Shown: positions 12,143-23,911 of the stretch, piece after piece | Position numbering within the stretch: position 1 is the stretch's first letter | Layout of the letters: every line of letters begins with the position of its first letter | NCBI RefSeq assembly: GCF_004010195.1 | Contig: NC_057718.1 | Coordinates: forward strand, 5,747,110 to 5,811,109 | Reading direction: 5' to 3' | Source of the DNA: Chiloscyllium plagiosum | Taxonomy: Eukaryota | Length of the DNA stretch: 64,000 bases | Made by a program: the position numbers and the translations under genes | Notes under the pieces: generated by a model | Told to the model about the DNA's origin: nothing | Database searches by the model: none | The model's input: the letters and a program-made list of their open reading frames with translations, nothing else

Positions 12143-13374
12143 GTAGGTGATTGTTTCTATTCTTTCCTGTCTCCATAAGAGTTCTGATAAATACTTGTGT
12201 AGGGCAAATGATTGGGAATGGCTGATCTACAATTTGTGGCATTGATGAGTCTTTATACAAAAGAACTGGGAGCTGGACGAGGCCATTCAGCACCTTGAGC
12301 TTGTTCTGTCATTCAATAAAGATCATGTCAGCTCTGTTTTATCACCTTGGATCCCTCGATTACTCAAGGGAAGCAGCCTCTCAATATCTATCAACTCAGG
12401 ACCTCATTTAGATGTGACATTTAGTGAGGTCTCATGAATTGCCTCGAGCATGTGGCTTACCTTTACATGGAACGCTCATCCTCAACACAAGCATTTAAAA
12501 CCATGACTGTCACCAGCTTTTCACTGCACTACTGTTGGAGGTTTTGCTTAAACAGATGTGGGTAGGGCACTGAAAAGCTGCAGGTTAAGTGAGTACACAA
12601 CAAGATGGTTGAAGAAGTATGTTGTCAGTAGACTTGAGGTTTTTCACTTCAGTTGTAAGAGTAGAAGCAGTATTTTTCAAAAGGGTCCGAATCCTGTAAA
12701 TGTATTCAGTGAGGCTTGAATGCGCTCATAGAAGGAGCATAGAGAGTTAGCAGGCAGGTACAACAAGCAAGTAAGAAGGCAAATAGTATATTTGCCCTTT
12801 ATTGCAAGGAGACCGGAATACAAGAATAAAAAATATCTCATGACAATTCTATGGTGTTTTGGTGAGATCATATCTAGAATACTGTTTTCTCTATATTTAA
12901 GGAGGGATTGGATTACAGCTACAGTTAACTAAATTGCTCTCTGAATAGAGGTGGGTTCTCCTACAATAAGATGCTGTGCAAGCTGCACCTATTTTCTCTG
13001 GAGTTTCAAAATAAATGAATTGATCTGATTGAAATATTTGGGATTCTGAAGTGGTTTGATGCTGGGAGTCTGTCAGATGTATGGTGCTATTCCTTGTAAA
13101 GAGGTGTTGCAGGGACAGATGTTGATAACTATGCTACAGTTGCATGGAGTTTAGGATAAAATTCTGGGCTGCAGTCTTGTTGACGGGGTCCTTGCGATAG
13201 GATTTTTTAAAAGTGGTAGCTTCAGTTCATTTGGAAATCAGACACAAGAAATGGAGCTCATCAGGAAGATGGTGGGAAGTGGAGATTTGTTGGTGATTGT
13301 ATAATTTTGGGCATCTTGCTGTGGCGGACATTATTACTGTGTGAACCTGAACACGGTTGCTGGCTTAAAATCGT

Positions 13375-13461
13375 GTGTGCTGGAGAAACTCTGCAGGTCT
13401 GGCAGAGTTTGTGGGGAGAAAGCAGAGTTAACCTTTCAAGTCTGACGCCTCTTCATCAGAA
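13375..13461 (-). mobile_element. Decayed PLE-derived hammerhead-motif element (subfamily C)
   Basis: gctggagaaactc..gagttaacctttcaagtc..ctcttcatcag = minus-strand CUGAUGA...GAAA. Confidence 0.55.
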
Positions 13462-14076
13462 CACCAATGTTGCTGGGTTGTTTAACTATGAACAAAGAGT
13501 AACTGGGTAGTTAAGATGATCCCTACCCAGATGACTTGGTGTTTGTATTCCTGGTCCAGACAATTGAAGGAGAAGTGGGCCAAGTGTATACTTGGTTTGT
13601 ATTTGCTGGTTTAGAAGATTGAGGAATCATCTGATTGAGGTGTTCAAAATGTCAAGAGGATTTAAAAGGATAGATAGAAGGAAACAGATTATCCTGACAG
13701 AGGAATACAGGCCAAAGGGGCAGAAACTTAAAGTTAATTTAGGGGCCATTTAGAGGTGATCAGGAAGCAATTCCTCAAACAAACAGCAGGGGAAATCTGG
13801 AATTTTCTCTCTTAAATGGCTGGGAAGTCATTTGGAACTTTCAAGCTGAGAACGGTAAATTTTAGTTGGACAAAAGCAAATGGAGTGAGGTGAAATATCA
13901 GTCTAACTGAAAGGTAAACCAGTCTAGAGAGGCTGAACACCCTTCTCCAGTTCCCAATGTTCTCTGGTCCCACAGTTGTATTTCTGAATACATCCAATAT
14001 TTCTGCATCCTGTCTGTTGTAAATTATTCTCGAATTTTTTTTAAACTTGCGTTTTTTTCTTTCCACACTTTATCAG

Positions 14077-14250
14077 TTGTCTGGTGCTGACTCTCTGGGT
14101 GACACAGCTGTCCGCAGGAACGTGGTTTCCCGAGGGGTGCTGTCTTCCGTGCAGCGTGTGAGCATGAGTTCCCCTCAGAAATGCTTGACTCAGCCCTCCA
14201 GCCCAGTGAAACTAAATCGTGTTTCCCAAAGAAGCATTCGGCATCAACAG
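14077..14250 (+). CDS. FBXO5: FBXO5 exon 4 (D-box RGVLSSVQ), 174 bp
   Basis: ctttatcag| ... CAG|gtaact, phase 0/0; RxxLxSVQ D-box as in Emi1 RTPLASVQ. Confidence 0.88.
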
Positions 14251-15235
14251 GTAACTAACTTCTCTCCGCCCACATTGCAACCAATTCTTTCCTGACTTCA
14301 CTCTTTACCTGCTCGGCTTTAATTGTGAGGCTACACTTCTTTGTTAGAATCATTTCCCACCAAATTGCTCATTGTCTCCTCGAGAAGCTGGAGGAGAGTC
14401 CTGACTAAGGTGTGCAGAGTTCTGAGGGGAATAGAAAGAGAGAAACCATTCACCTCAGTAGAGGGATCAATAACCAGTTGTAAGGTAAGGAGCAGTAGGT
14501 TTAGAGGAGACTGGAGATAAAACAATTTTTACCTACAGGGTGGTGAATATCTGGAACACATTGCCGACAGGGGTGGTAGAGCTGTAGCGAGGAAGATATA
14601 TGTAAGAAATATTTAGACAATCACTTGAAACACCGCAGCATGGAAGTCAATGGGCCAAGTGCTGAAAATGGAATTAGAGTGGATAGATGCTTGATGACCG
14701 GTTGGACATGATGAAACAAAAGGGACTTTTATTTGTAAAAACTCTATGCTTCTACCATGTCAAATCTCTGATATTTTTGAAAAGGAATCAGTCCCACCAT
14801 GTACCTTGTCAAACCTCCAGGGGATGCAAGCCCTAATGTCATTATAATTTAACTGTTTGAGCTCCTGTATTAATCTGGCGTTCAGTGATACACTCATCTT
14901 TATTCCTCAGTGGGAATCTGATGTGGACTTTATACTAATTTCTCCTTCATGAGTGGAACTACCTCCTATTACAGAGAGGGAGCAGGCTTTATTCTTGATG
15001 CCAAAAGACTGAGAGAACCTGTACACAGGAGTCCAGTCAGTGCTAGAGCACGTTGAACAGTAATGCCGAGGAAGAATGTGGTTTTTGAGAAGTCAAACAT
15101 CCCCCAAGTGCCTAGTTGCCATTCTGTCTGTATCCCGTTTGTTTTTCAAACATTGTTGTAACAATTTCCCTCCGTGTTGGTGTCAGCACGTTTAAAACAC
15201 ACTGTGCGTTCTCTCTCTTCCCCTGCCCCACCCAG

Positions 15236-15484
15236 GTTGTGAAGACACTCAAGCAGGATGAGACCCTCAAGACTTGCCCCTTGTGTGCCTCACCGGCCAA
15301 ATTTACACCTTGCGAGGAGAGGGCGATCTGCAGCAACGAAAACTGCTCCTACGATTACTGCTCACTGTGTTTCGACACCTTTCATGGGTCAAAAGAATGT
15401 GCTCGCCGCCACTACAGAAACCATTCCAAATCACAGCCACAAGCAGGAAGCAAAAAGAGCAAACGGAACTTAAAACGATTGTGA
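15236..15484 (+). CDS. FBXO5: FBXO5 last coding exon: zinc-binding region (ZBR) and RL tail
   Basis: Polypyrimidine tract + cccag|; VVKTLKQDETLKTCPLCASPAK..C..C..DYCSLC..FHGSKEC..GSKKSKRNLKRL*. Confidence 0.93.
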   Translation, partial: VVKTLKQDETLKTCPLCASPAKFTPCEERAICSNENCSYDYCSLCFDTFHGSKECARRHYRNHSKSQPQAGSKKSKRNLKRL

Positions 15485-15965
15485 CAGAGGAGAGCGAGAG
15501 CGTCTGTCTGAGTGTGCTAGATTTATTTTTGTTCATTAGTAGAAAATGAATTTCAGAAAAGAAAATGTATTTTAAGAAAGTTTTATGGAAAATATTGAAC
15601 TGCAGTTTTATTTATAAATCCAGAAAATCTACTTAAAAGAAAACGTTTTAAAAATTAATATATGAAATACCAAGAGATGTCATCACTGCAGAATGAACAC
15701 GACACAAATATTTTAATAATGTAACATTCCAGTTAAATTGAAGATTCAGCAATATAAAATAAACTTTTTATGTATATATTTATGTAATTGACCCAGGACA
15801 TTGAATATTCTGTCTGGCTCATTGCTCACTATATAGTTTCTGTTGACTGTATGCCATCCTTTTTAGAGTGTTTCTATTATTGTATATTATTTCCTAAAAT
15901 TTATATTACTTTTTCTCCCTCGTGTAATATATTCACTGTTCAATAAATGTGTAAAAAAAACCTGT
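15485..15965 (+). promoter_or_regulatory. FBXO5: FBXO5 3' UTR with two AATAAA signals (15758, 15942) and CPE/ARE/Pumilio-like motifs
   Basis: Very AT-rich unique sequence after the stop; AATAAA at 15758-15763 and 15942-15947; TTTTAT/TTTTAAT, ATTTA and TGTATATA motifs. Confidence 0.7.
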
Positions 15966-16189
15966 GGTTATGTTGGAACACTTTGTTCAAAAATTAAAAC
16001 AGGTTATAATTTGTGCTGAGAAAGTTACCTAAACTGGAGGATGGGTGGGTCATTGGATGATCTGCACTGGCCTGGAATTAGGAAAATTGTGTGAGCTGGG
16101 ACTCACTGGTGTCACAAAGAGAGGAGAAGACTAAAGTAGTCAGACACTTGCATGGTTCTGTGACCCTTGGGATGAAACAAGTATCAGGA

Positions 16190-16718
16190 GCCATAGAAAT
16201 GTACAGCACGGAAACAGAATCTTCGGTTCAACATGTCCATGCCGGCCAGATATCCTAAATTAATCTAGTCCTATTTTCCAGCATTTGGCCCATCTCCCTC
16301 TAAACCCTTCCTATTCATTTACCTATCCAGATGCCTTTTTAAATAGTTTAATTGTACCAGCTTCCACCACTTCCTTTGGCAGTTCGTTCCATACTAGTCC
16401 CAACCTCCGTGTAAAAAATGTTTCCCTTTAGGTCCCTTTTAAGTCTTTTCCCCTCTCACCTCAAACAAATGCCCTACAGTTTTCGAGTTCCCCCTCCCTA
16501 GGGGAATGTCCTTATCTATGCTTCTCATGATTTTATAAATCTCTATAAGGTCACCCTTCAGTCTGTATACTCCAGGGAAAATAGCCCCAGCCTATTCAGT
16601 CTCACCCTCTACATCCAACCCTGCCAACATTCTTATCTGAATCCTTTCAAGTTTCACAACATCCTTCCTATATCAGGGAGATCAGAATTGTGCACAAAAT
16701 TCCAAAAGTGGCCTAACC
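16190..16718 (-). mobile_element. CR1 LINE 3' fragment
   Basis: Same family as 36845-37485. Confidence 0.85.
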
Positions 16719-17727
16719 AATAGTAATATAAACTAGAATAATTGAAATAAAATGTGTTAGACCTTCCTGAGAAAGTATAGAATTGCTACTCTTTTTACCC
16801 AGTTTTTTTTTTGTAAATAGTGAATCCAGTGAATACTTAACTTGTTGCATTGTGCCTCTAAAAGGTTTTCTTGTAAGATTTCTGTACTTTCTACTCTTAT
16901 GCCTGATGCGATCATAGCTAAAGCATAGCAAGTTGATTGCAGGCCTATGACCATGTTTGGATTCTTCCACAACAGTAGCTGGTCTGAGGTGATGAGCCAA
17001 CTCTTTCTCAGCCACTGAGCAGATAAAACACTGATAGAGTATGACACTAGCTATCTCCATTCATCCTGCCAGCTTGAGCAATGACTGTTGTTTGACCATC
17101 TACACAACCTCAGGTAGACTTTAATATTCAACCTAACAGCTGACGTCTCCACAAGATAAATCGTCAGTCAACATCTTTAAATTGTTTCAACAGGGTCCTC
17201 CAACACATCAATAAGTCCATAGGAAATAGGAGCAGGAGTAGGCCATTTGGCTCCTTGAGCCAATTTTCCCATTCAATAGGATAATGGCTAATCTGATGTT
17301 TCTCACATCCACTTTTCCCCATTCTCCTATTGATCAAAAGTCTATCTCTGTCCTAAATTTATACAAGGACTATGCCCTCACAGCTCTGTGCCAACGAGTT
17401 GTAAAGACACATGACCCTCTCAGAGAAGAAATTCCTCTTCACTTCAGCCTTAACTTGATGCCTTTTTATTCTTAGACTATGCCCTTTGATTCTAGACTTT
17501 CCATGAAGGGGAACGTTCAGCATTTACACCCTCCAAGCCCGTTAAGAATTGCCAATGGTTTCAATGAAACCTCTGCTCATTCCTCTAAACTGGATGAGTG
17601 TCAACCTGCTTAACCTTTGTTCATAAAACAATCCCTCTGCACCAGGCATGATCCAGGTGAATCTCTGAACTGCCTCCAATGAAATGACATATTTCCTTAA
17701 CGGAACCAAAACAGCTCACAATACTCC

Positions 17728-18107
17728 AGAGTCATAGAGATGTACAGCATGGAAACAGACCCTTCGGTCCAACCCGTCCATGCCGACCAGATATCCCAAC
17801 CTAATCTCGTCCCACCTGCCAGCACCCGGCCCATATCCCTCCAAACCCTTCCTATTCATATACCCATCCAAATGCCTTTTAAATGTTGCAATTGTACCGG
17901 CCTCCACCACTTCCTCTGGCAGCTCATTCCATACACATACCATCCTGTGTGGAAAAGTTGCCCCATAGGTCTCTTTGCCCCTCTCACCCTAAATCTGCGT
18001 CCTCTAGTTCTGGACTCCACCACCCCAGGGAAGAGACCTTGTCTATTTACCCTATCCATGCCCCTCAAAATTTTGTAAACCTCTATAAGGTCACCCCTCA
18101 GCCTCCA
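17728..18107 (-). mobile_element. CR1 LINE 3' end, young
   Basis: VWNELPEEVVEAGTIATFKRHLDGYM; ctatgact tail. Confidence 0.9.
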
Positions 18108-18111
18108 ACAA

Positions 18112-18292
18112 GCTTACACACATGCAAAGCTATGTACACATGTCTACATGTATGGACCGATGCACAAGTTCACATACACACTAACACACATATAGACAAC
18201 AGGATAAACACATGCTTGCCCACAATTCCCATGCATGCACACAACCATGCACAGGTGTACACATACACAAACATTCACATGTGTATATATTT
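18112..18292. repeat. CA/TA-rich low-complexity tract
   Basis: Degenerate (CA)n/(CATG) runs. Confidence 0.7.
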
Positions 18293-18307
18293 ACTCTGCC
18301 ATGTGCA

Positions 18308-18529
18308 GGAGGCATGGTGGCTTAGTGACTAGCACTGCTGCCTCACTGTGCCAGGGGCCCGGGTTCAATTCTACCTTCCGGCGACTGCCTGTGTGGAATT
18401 TGCATGTCTCCCTGAGTCTGCATCAGTTTCCTCTGAGTGCTCTTGTTTCCTTTCACAATCACAAAGATGTGCGGGTTAGGTGGGTTAGTCAGGGTAGAGG
18501 GGTGAGTCTTGGTGGGATGCACCTTGGTG
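18308..18529 (+). mobile_element. HE1/V-SINE (tRNA-derived), truncated by assembly gap
   Basis: A-box-like tggtggcttagtg, B-box gggttcaattc, V-domain tttgcatgtctccc..tttcc. Confidence 0.8.
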
Positions 18530-18735
18530 NNNNNNNNNNNNNNNNNNNNNNNNNNNNNNNNNNNNNNNNNNNNNNNNNNNNNNNNNNNNNNNNNNNNNNN
18601 NNNNNNNNNNNNNNNNNNNNNNNNNNNNNNNNNNNNNNNNNNNNNNNNNNNNNNNNNNNNNNNNNNNNNNNNNNNNNNNNNNNNNNNNNNNNNNNNNNNN
18701 NNNNNNNNNNNNNNNNNNNNNNNNNNNNNNNNNNN
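18530..18735. other. Assembly gap (N run)
   Basis: Ns in sequence. Confidence 1.
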
Positions 18736-19078
18736 GATGCCTTTTAAATGTTGCAATTGTACCAGCCTCCACCACTTCCTCTGGCAACTCATTCCATACA
18801 TGTACCAATCTCTGTGTGAAAAAGTTACCCCTTAGGTCTCTTATATCTTTCCCCTCTCACCCTAAACCTATGCCCTCTAGTTCTGGACTCCCCCACTCCA
18901 CATCCTATCCATGCGCCTCATGATTTTATAAACCTCTATAAGGTCACCCCTCAGTCTCCGGCACTCCAGGGAAAGCAGCCCCAGCCTGTTCAGCCTCTCC
19001 CTGTAGCTCAAATCCTCCAACCCTGGCAACATCCTTGTAAACCTTGTCTGAACCCTTTCAAGTTTCACAACATCTTCC
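18736..19078 (-). mobile_element. CR1 LINE 3' fragment
   Basis: KLERVQTRFTRMLPGLEDLSYRERL. Confidence 0.9.
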
Positions 19079-19084
19079 GATTTG

Positions 19085-19550
19085 ATTTAATGTATTATTG
19101 TGACTTGTGACATAGTGACAGATACAGGGAAGAGTATTGTTTTATCTGCTAACCAGACAAATCATACCTTACTTAAGTACATCAGAGTAATGGAAGAATA
19201 TAGTGTTACAACTGCAGGGAAGCACAGAAACATTAACTAATGAATGAGAGATCTGTACTTAAGTCTGATAATAGCAGGGAAGAAGCTGTTCTTAAATCTG
19301 TTGATATGTGTTTTCAAATGTTTGTATCTTCTGCCCAATGGAAGAGGGTAGAAGAGAGTATAACTGGGGTGGGAAGGGTCTTTGATGATGTTGACTGCTT
19401 TCCCGAGGCAGCGGGAGTGCAAACTGAGTCAATGGATGGAAGGCTGGTTGTCATGATGGACTGGGCTTCATTCATGACTCTGCAATTTCTTGGCAATACC
19501 AGGCTGTGATGCATCTGAATAGGATGCTTTCTATGGTGCATCTATAAAAA
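19085..19550 (-). mobile_element. Rex1/Babar-type LINE 3' end
   Basis: IIKDPSHPSYTLFYPLPLGRRY..RFKNSFFPAIIRL C-terminal motif. Confidence 0.75.
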
Positions 19551-19984
19551 TTGATAACAGTATTTGGTAAGTAATTGGTAAATTATCTCTGGGAGAAGTA
19601 ACATCACTAAGTCAACAAAGAAAACAATGCAACTTGGACTTGGCTAAGAAAAAGATGGGATTCATCCTTTAGTGTTGGTCTGTTCTCATTCCCCGAAACC
19701 CTGACAAATTATTTTACACTGTATTGGCAAACCAGAAGAAGACAATAGTTCTCATGCAGAAGTACATAACCATATTTGCCAAAATCAATGATAAAGTATA
19801 AGGGGAAAAGTTTATCCCAACAGCAAGGAACCTACCAAGGCTGAATAAGCACCCCCAAATGTTCCCATAAAATCTGGATCCCACACTGCCGTTATCTATC
19901 TCAGAGACTCCCTTTACGTGCCACACTTTCAATTGGCTTCCTACACACTTTCAGAGGCAACTAAAAAGTTAAACATATTTAAAA

Positions 19985-20135
19985 AAAAAATGTGGATGCT
20001 GAAAATCAGAAACAAAATCATAAATTGCTGGAAAAACTCAGCAGGTCTGGCAGAGTCTGTGGAGAGGAATCAGAGTTAACATTTCGGGTCCAGTGACCCT
20101 TCTTCAGACCTGCTGAGTTTTTCCAGCAATTTCTG
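19985..20135 (-). mobile_element. Hairpin PLE-derived element with hammerhead motif (subfamily C)
   Basis: Inverted arms attgctggaaaaactcagcaggtctg / cagacctgctgagtttttccagcaat; minus strand CUGAAGA-A-GGGUC-ACUG-GACCC-GAAA at 20075-20107. Confidence 0.7.
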
Positions 20136-20582
20136 GAAGATTTTATTTTTATTCATCCATAGGATGTGCGCATCACTGCCAGCATTTTTGCCCATCTTGA
20201 ATTGCCTAGATGGAGTCAAATGTCAGCCAGACCAGGTAAGAAAGCAGTGTCCGAGAGGACATTAGTGAACTAGATGCATTTTGCCAACAATTGACAATGG
20301 ATTTATGGTCATCAGATTTTGTTAATTAAATTCAAACTCTACCACTTCCCGAATATTGGTTGGATTAACAGGCCCGTGATAAGCCCATTACACTTCCATT
20401 GCCTCCCCTAGCCATGCTGCTGTTGAACTGAAGTCACTTGTAGGCCTTGACAAGATGACAGTTTTCCTCCCAGCAAGGAAATTAAGTCTTTATGGAAATC
20501 TGACACCTCAAGATTTCTTTTACTGATAATGATGTTTCATTTTAAAACTTTATTAAAATTCCCTACTTTCCATTTGTGATTA

Positions 20583-21280
20583 CAGAATCATAGAATTTTA
20601 CAGTACAGAAGGAGGTCATTTTTCCAACCTTATATGTACCAGCTCCTGAAACAGCTACCCAGCTAGTCCCATTGTCCAACACTACTTCCGTAATCTTCTG
20701 AATTTATTTCTTTCAAATATTTATCCAGATCTCTTTGAAATCTCCTATGCAATCCACCTCCCCCACCCTCCCAGGCAGTGCATTCGAAATCCCAACAACT
20801 CTCTGAGTAAAGAAGTTTCTCCTCATCTCACTCCTAGCTCTCTTGCTGACAATCTTGAAATTGTGTTCCCCCCTAGTTACTGACATACCAACTAGTTGAA
20901 GCAGAAATTTCTTCTTTATCCTGTCAAACTTGTTCATAATTTTGAACACCTCAACAAGGATACCCATTCGTTGTCACTGTTCTAAGAAGAATAAGTCCAA
21001 TTTCTCTAATCTTTCCTTGTATCTAAAATTCATTATTCCTGATATCATTCTAGTAAATCTCCTTTGCACTCTCTCCATAGTTTTAGCACTTTTCCCTAAA
21101 TGAGGCGCCCAGAACTGAACACAATACTCCAAATGTGGTTTGACCAATGATTTGTAGAGGTGTAGTATCACTTTCTCGCTTTTACACTCTACGCCTTCAT
21201 TCACAAACTCAAGGATCCTAAAAGCCTTCTTAAAAACTGTTTTGACTTGCCTGGCCACCTTCAGAGAATGATACACTTGA
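20583..21280 (-). mobile_element. CR1 LINE RT 3' fragment
   Basis: LYKSLVKPHLEYCVQFWAP..ERVQRRFTRMI. Confidence 0.88.
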
Positions 21281-22086
21281 TTTACAAAGTACAGCAAAGC
21301 TGAATATCAGTGTAATACACAATCTTGTCACTAGATGTCAGACCATCATAGTTCTGGAGCAAGCAGTTTTGCTGCAGCGATGAGTGAACTTCCTCAATGG
21401 TACAATGTAACAACTCGGGTAATTCATTTGAAATAAATAACCAGGACCTCTGGGGCAAAAATTGCAACAACCCCATGTTCAGATGTAAGTAACATTTCAC
21501 CCCACACTACACCATCAACACAGATGTGACTAAAATCGTCATAGCCCTCCTCCCTCATTTGAGAGAGACAAGACTGGTGGTGAGTTTAACCTGAGAGTCA
21601 CCTTGCCCCAGGCTAGGGGAATGGTTGCGAAGGAGGGAGTGTTAGTATCACACTAACACAAGCCAGCAGTCCAGGTGATTGAGCTAACCTACCCTGCTCA
21701 CCCTGTGATATGCCAACTGGAACCTGTGTCAGCGAGATATGGAAGAGAACATCAAAGATATCACAAAAGCTGGAAGCCTTCCACTAAGATTGCCTACATA
21801 AGGCCCTGGGCACCATTGGGAAAGATAACAGACCAATGACAAGGCTAGTCACAGACACCTAAAGGACATTGTGACAGAGAGCCAACTGGGAAGGCAATTT
21901 TGTTTCTCAGACATTAGCTCTAAAATCACTTACTTGAAAACCAGGCCTCAACTCATGTAAAAAGAAATCACCATGGCTACAGAAATATTTACATTTTAAT
22001 TATTCATTTCAGGCACACAGAAAATTCACAACTTACTGATCCAAAAATGAAAAGCCTTATTTTGTGTATATATAAAATGCATAAAT

Positions 22087-22625
22087 TGGGGAGATGGTGG
22101 CCTGGTGGTGTCATTGCTGGAGCTGTTAATTCAGAGACACAGATAATGTTCTGAGGATCTGGATTCAAATCCTACCATGATAGATGGTGGAATTTGAATT
22201 CAATAAACATCTGGAATTATGAGCCTAATGATGACCATGAAACTATAGTTTATTGTCAGGTAAAAACCCATCTGGCTCACTAATTACCTTATGGGAAGGA
22301 AACTGCCACCCTTACCTAGTCTGGCCAACATGTGACTCCAGACCCACAACAATATGGTTGACTCCTCACTGCCGTCTGGACAATGAAAGCTACCCCAGCC
22401 AATGATGACTTGGAGGTGCCAGTGTTGGACTGGGATGGTCAAAGTTAAAAATCACACAACACCAGGTTATAATCCAACAGGTTTATTTGGAAGCACTAGC
22501 TTTCATAGCGCTGCTCCTTCTTCAGGTTCTCCACAATCACCTAATGAAGGAGCAGCACTCCGAAAGCTAGTGCTTCCAAATAAACCAGCCAATGGTGCCC
22601 ACATCCTGTATACTTATTAAAAATA
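22087..22625 (+). mobile_element. tRNA-headed SINE (second family), interrupted by a hairpin element
   Basis: Same family as 60308-60665 and 61281-61655 (ggttcaaatcc B-box; tgtgactccagacccacagcaatgtggttgactct core). Confidence 0.75.
22405..22584. mobile_element. Hairpin PLE-derived element (subfamily B) with two inverted, degenerate hammerhead motifs; TSD ccagccaatg
   Basis: ggtttatttggaagcactagcttt / aaagctagtgcttccaaataaacc arms; ccagccaatg at 22395-22404 and 22585-22594. Confidence 0.75.
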
Positions 22626-23198
22626 AACACCGTTTAAATCATAAATAGGAAGGAGGAAACTTGTATAGAGCATGCCACTAGCAAGTACCAGACCAGTTTT
22701 AATGTAATGCTGCAATTATATTAATAAACTGTGTGTAGATGTCATCTAATTAGATGTCAATGATCAGAATGACGGGGAATACATTGAAGTACGTTAGACA
22801 ACCTAACCCCATCAGAAACAAGGGCACAGCTACCTAAGACAAAGTGACACAGAGACAAGGGCTGGAGTATTATCTACGGTTGTGGATGCCACATTATATG
22901 GAAGAGATGAGCACAGTGGAGAGAATGCAGAAGCAGTCTATAATAATGGTTCCAGGAAGGGAAAACCACAGTTATAAGGATGCATTATAGAAGTTGGAGC
23001 TGTTCTCTTTGGAAAGAAGAAGGGTAGGAGGAGATTTGAAAGACATTTTTTAAATCATGAATGGACATGAACAGGGAAACTTCTCCTGCTTGTAAAAGGA
23101 TGAAGGATGAGAGGACACAGAGTTCAAGTCATTGTAAAAGAAGCAAGTAGTTAGGACATGGAATGCACTGCCTGAAAGTGTGATGAAAGCCATTTCAA

Positions 23199-23366
23199 TG
23201 GAGGTGGTGATGCAGGAGGTGGAGGTGGTGATGAAGGTGGTGGAGGTGTAGGATCTTGGAAGTGGTGATGGAGGTTGAAGTGGAGGTGGTGATGGCGGAG
23301 ATTGTGGAGCTGGACTTGGAGGTCGGGATGGAGGTGGTGGTGGAGGTGGCGGTAGTGGAGGAGGAC
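23199..23366. repeat. Degenerate (GGT/GGA)n trinucleotide tract
   Basis: ggaggtggtg repeats. Confidence 0.85.
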
Positions 23367-23911
23367 TGAGCCTCAGAACCCACAGATGCTACCATACCAG
23401 CAGAGTCTCTCCAACAATTTCTGTTTTTGTTTCTGATTTACAGCAGCCGCAGTTCTTTTGGCTTTTAACATATCATTAGGACTTGACAGAAATGTGGATG
23501 TAACAGCCCACAAGCTGCATCTTCTAACAGCCACACTGTAGGTATTTAGAACAATGAAAGGATCTTACACACATTACTGAAGCTAAGCTCCCAGCATCAT
23601 AAGCCTTCACAAGCCATCAGCATTGAATAGTTCTTTGCGGAGATTAAACAAATGACTTATTTGTCTGACAGATGTTGTGCTTTGAAAAATATTTGCATGC
23701 TTCAGCAAAGCACTCAGATTTTATTGGCCAACCAGTCACCCAGCTTTTCTGCTCCTTCCCTCTTTGTCAGCTGGAACTCAGTCAGTCACATTTGCTTGTA
23801 AAGTCAGGCTCATTTGGGAATTAAAACACAACAGCGAATGCTGGAGATTGGAAACAAAACAGAAATTTCTGCAGAGACTCTGCTGATATGGTAGCATCTG
23901 TGAGAAGAAAG

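Noticed and set aside
16713..17060. 115 aa minus-strand ORF downstream of FBXO5
   Set aside because: No motif or homology recognised, AT-rich with a poly-T run; likely a chance ORF
18235..18835. Long ORFs containing X runs (also 62010-62505)
   Set aside because: Artefacts of translating across N gaps
23195..23395. Thr/Ser/His-rich ORF
   Set aside because: Translation of a GGT/GGA microsatellite
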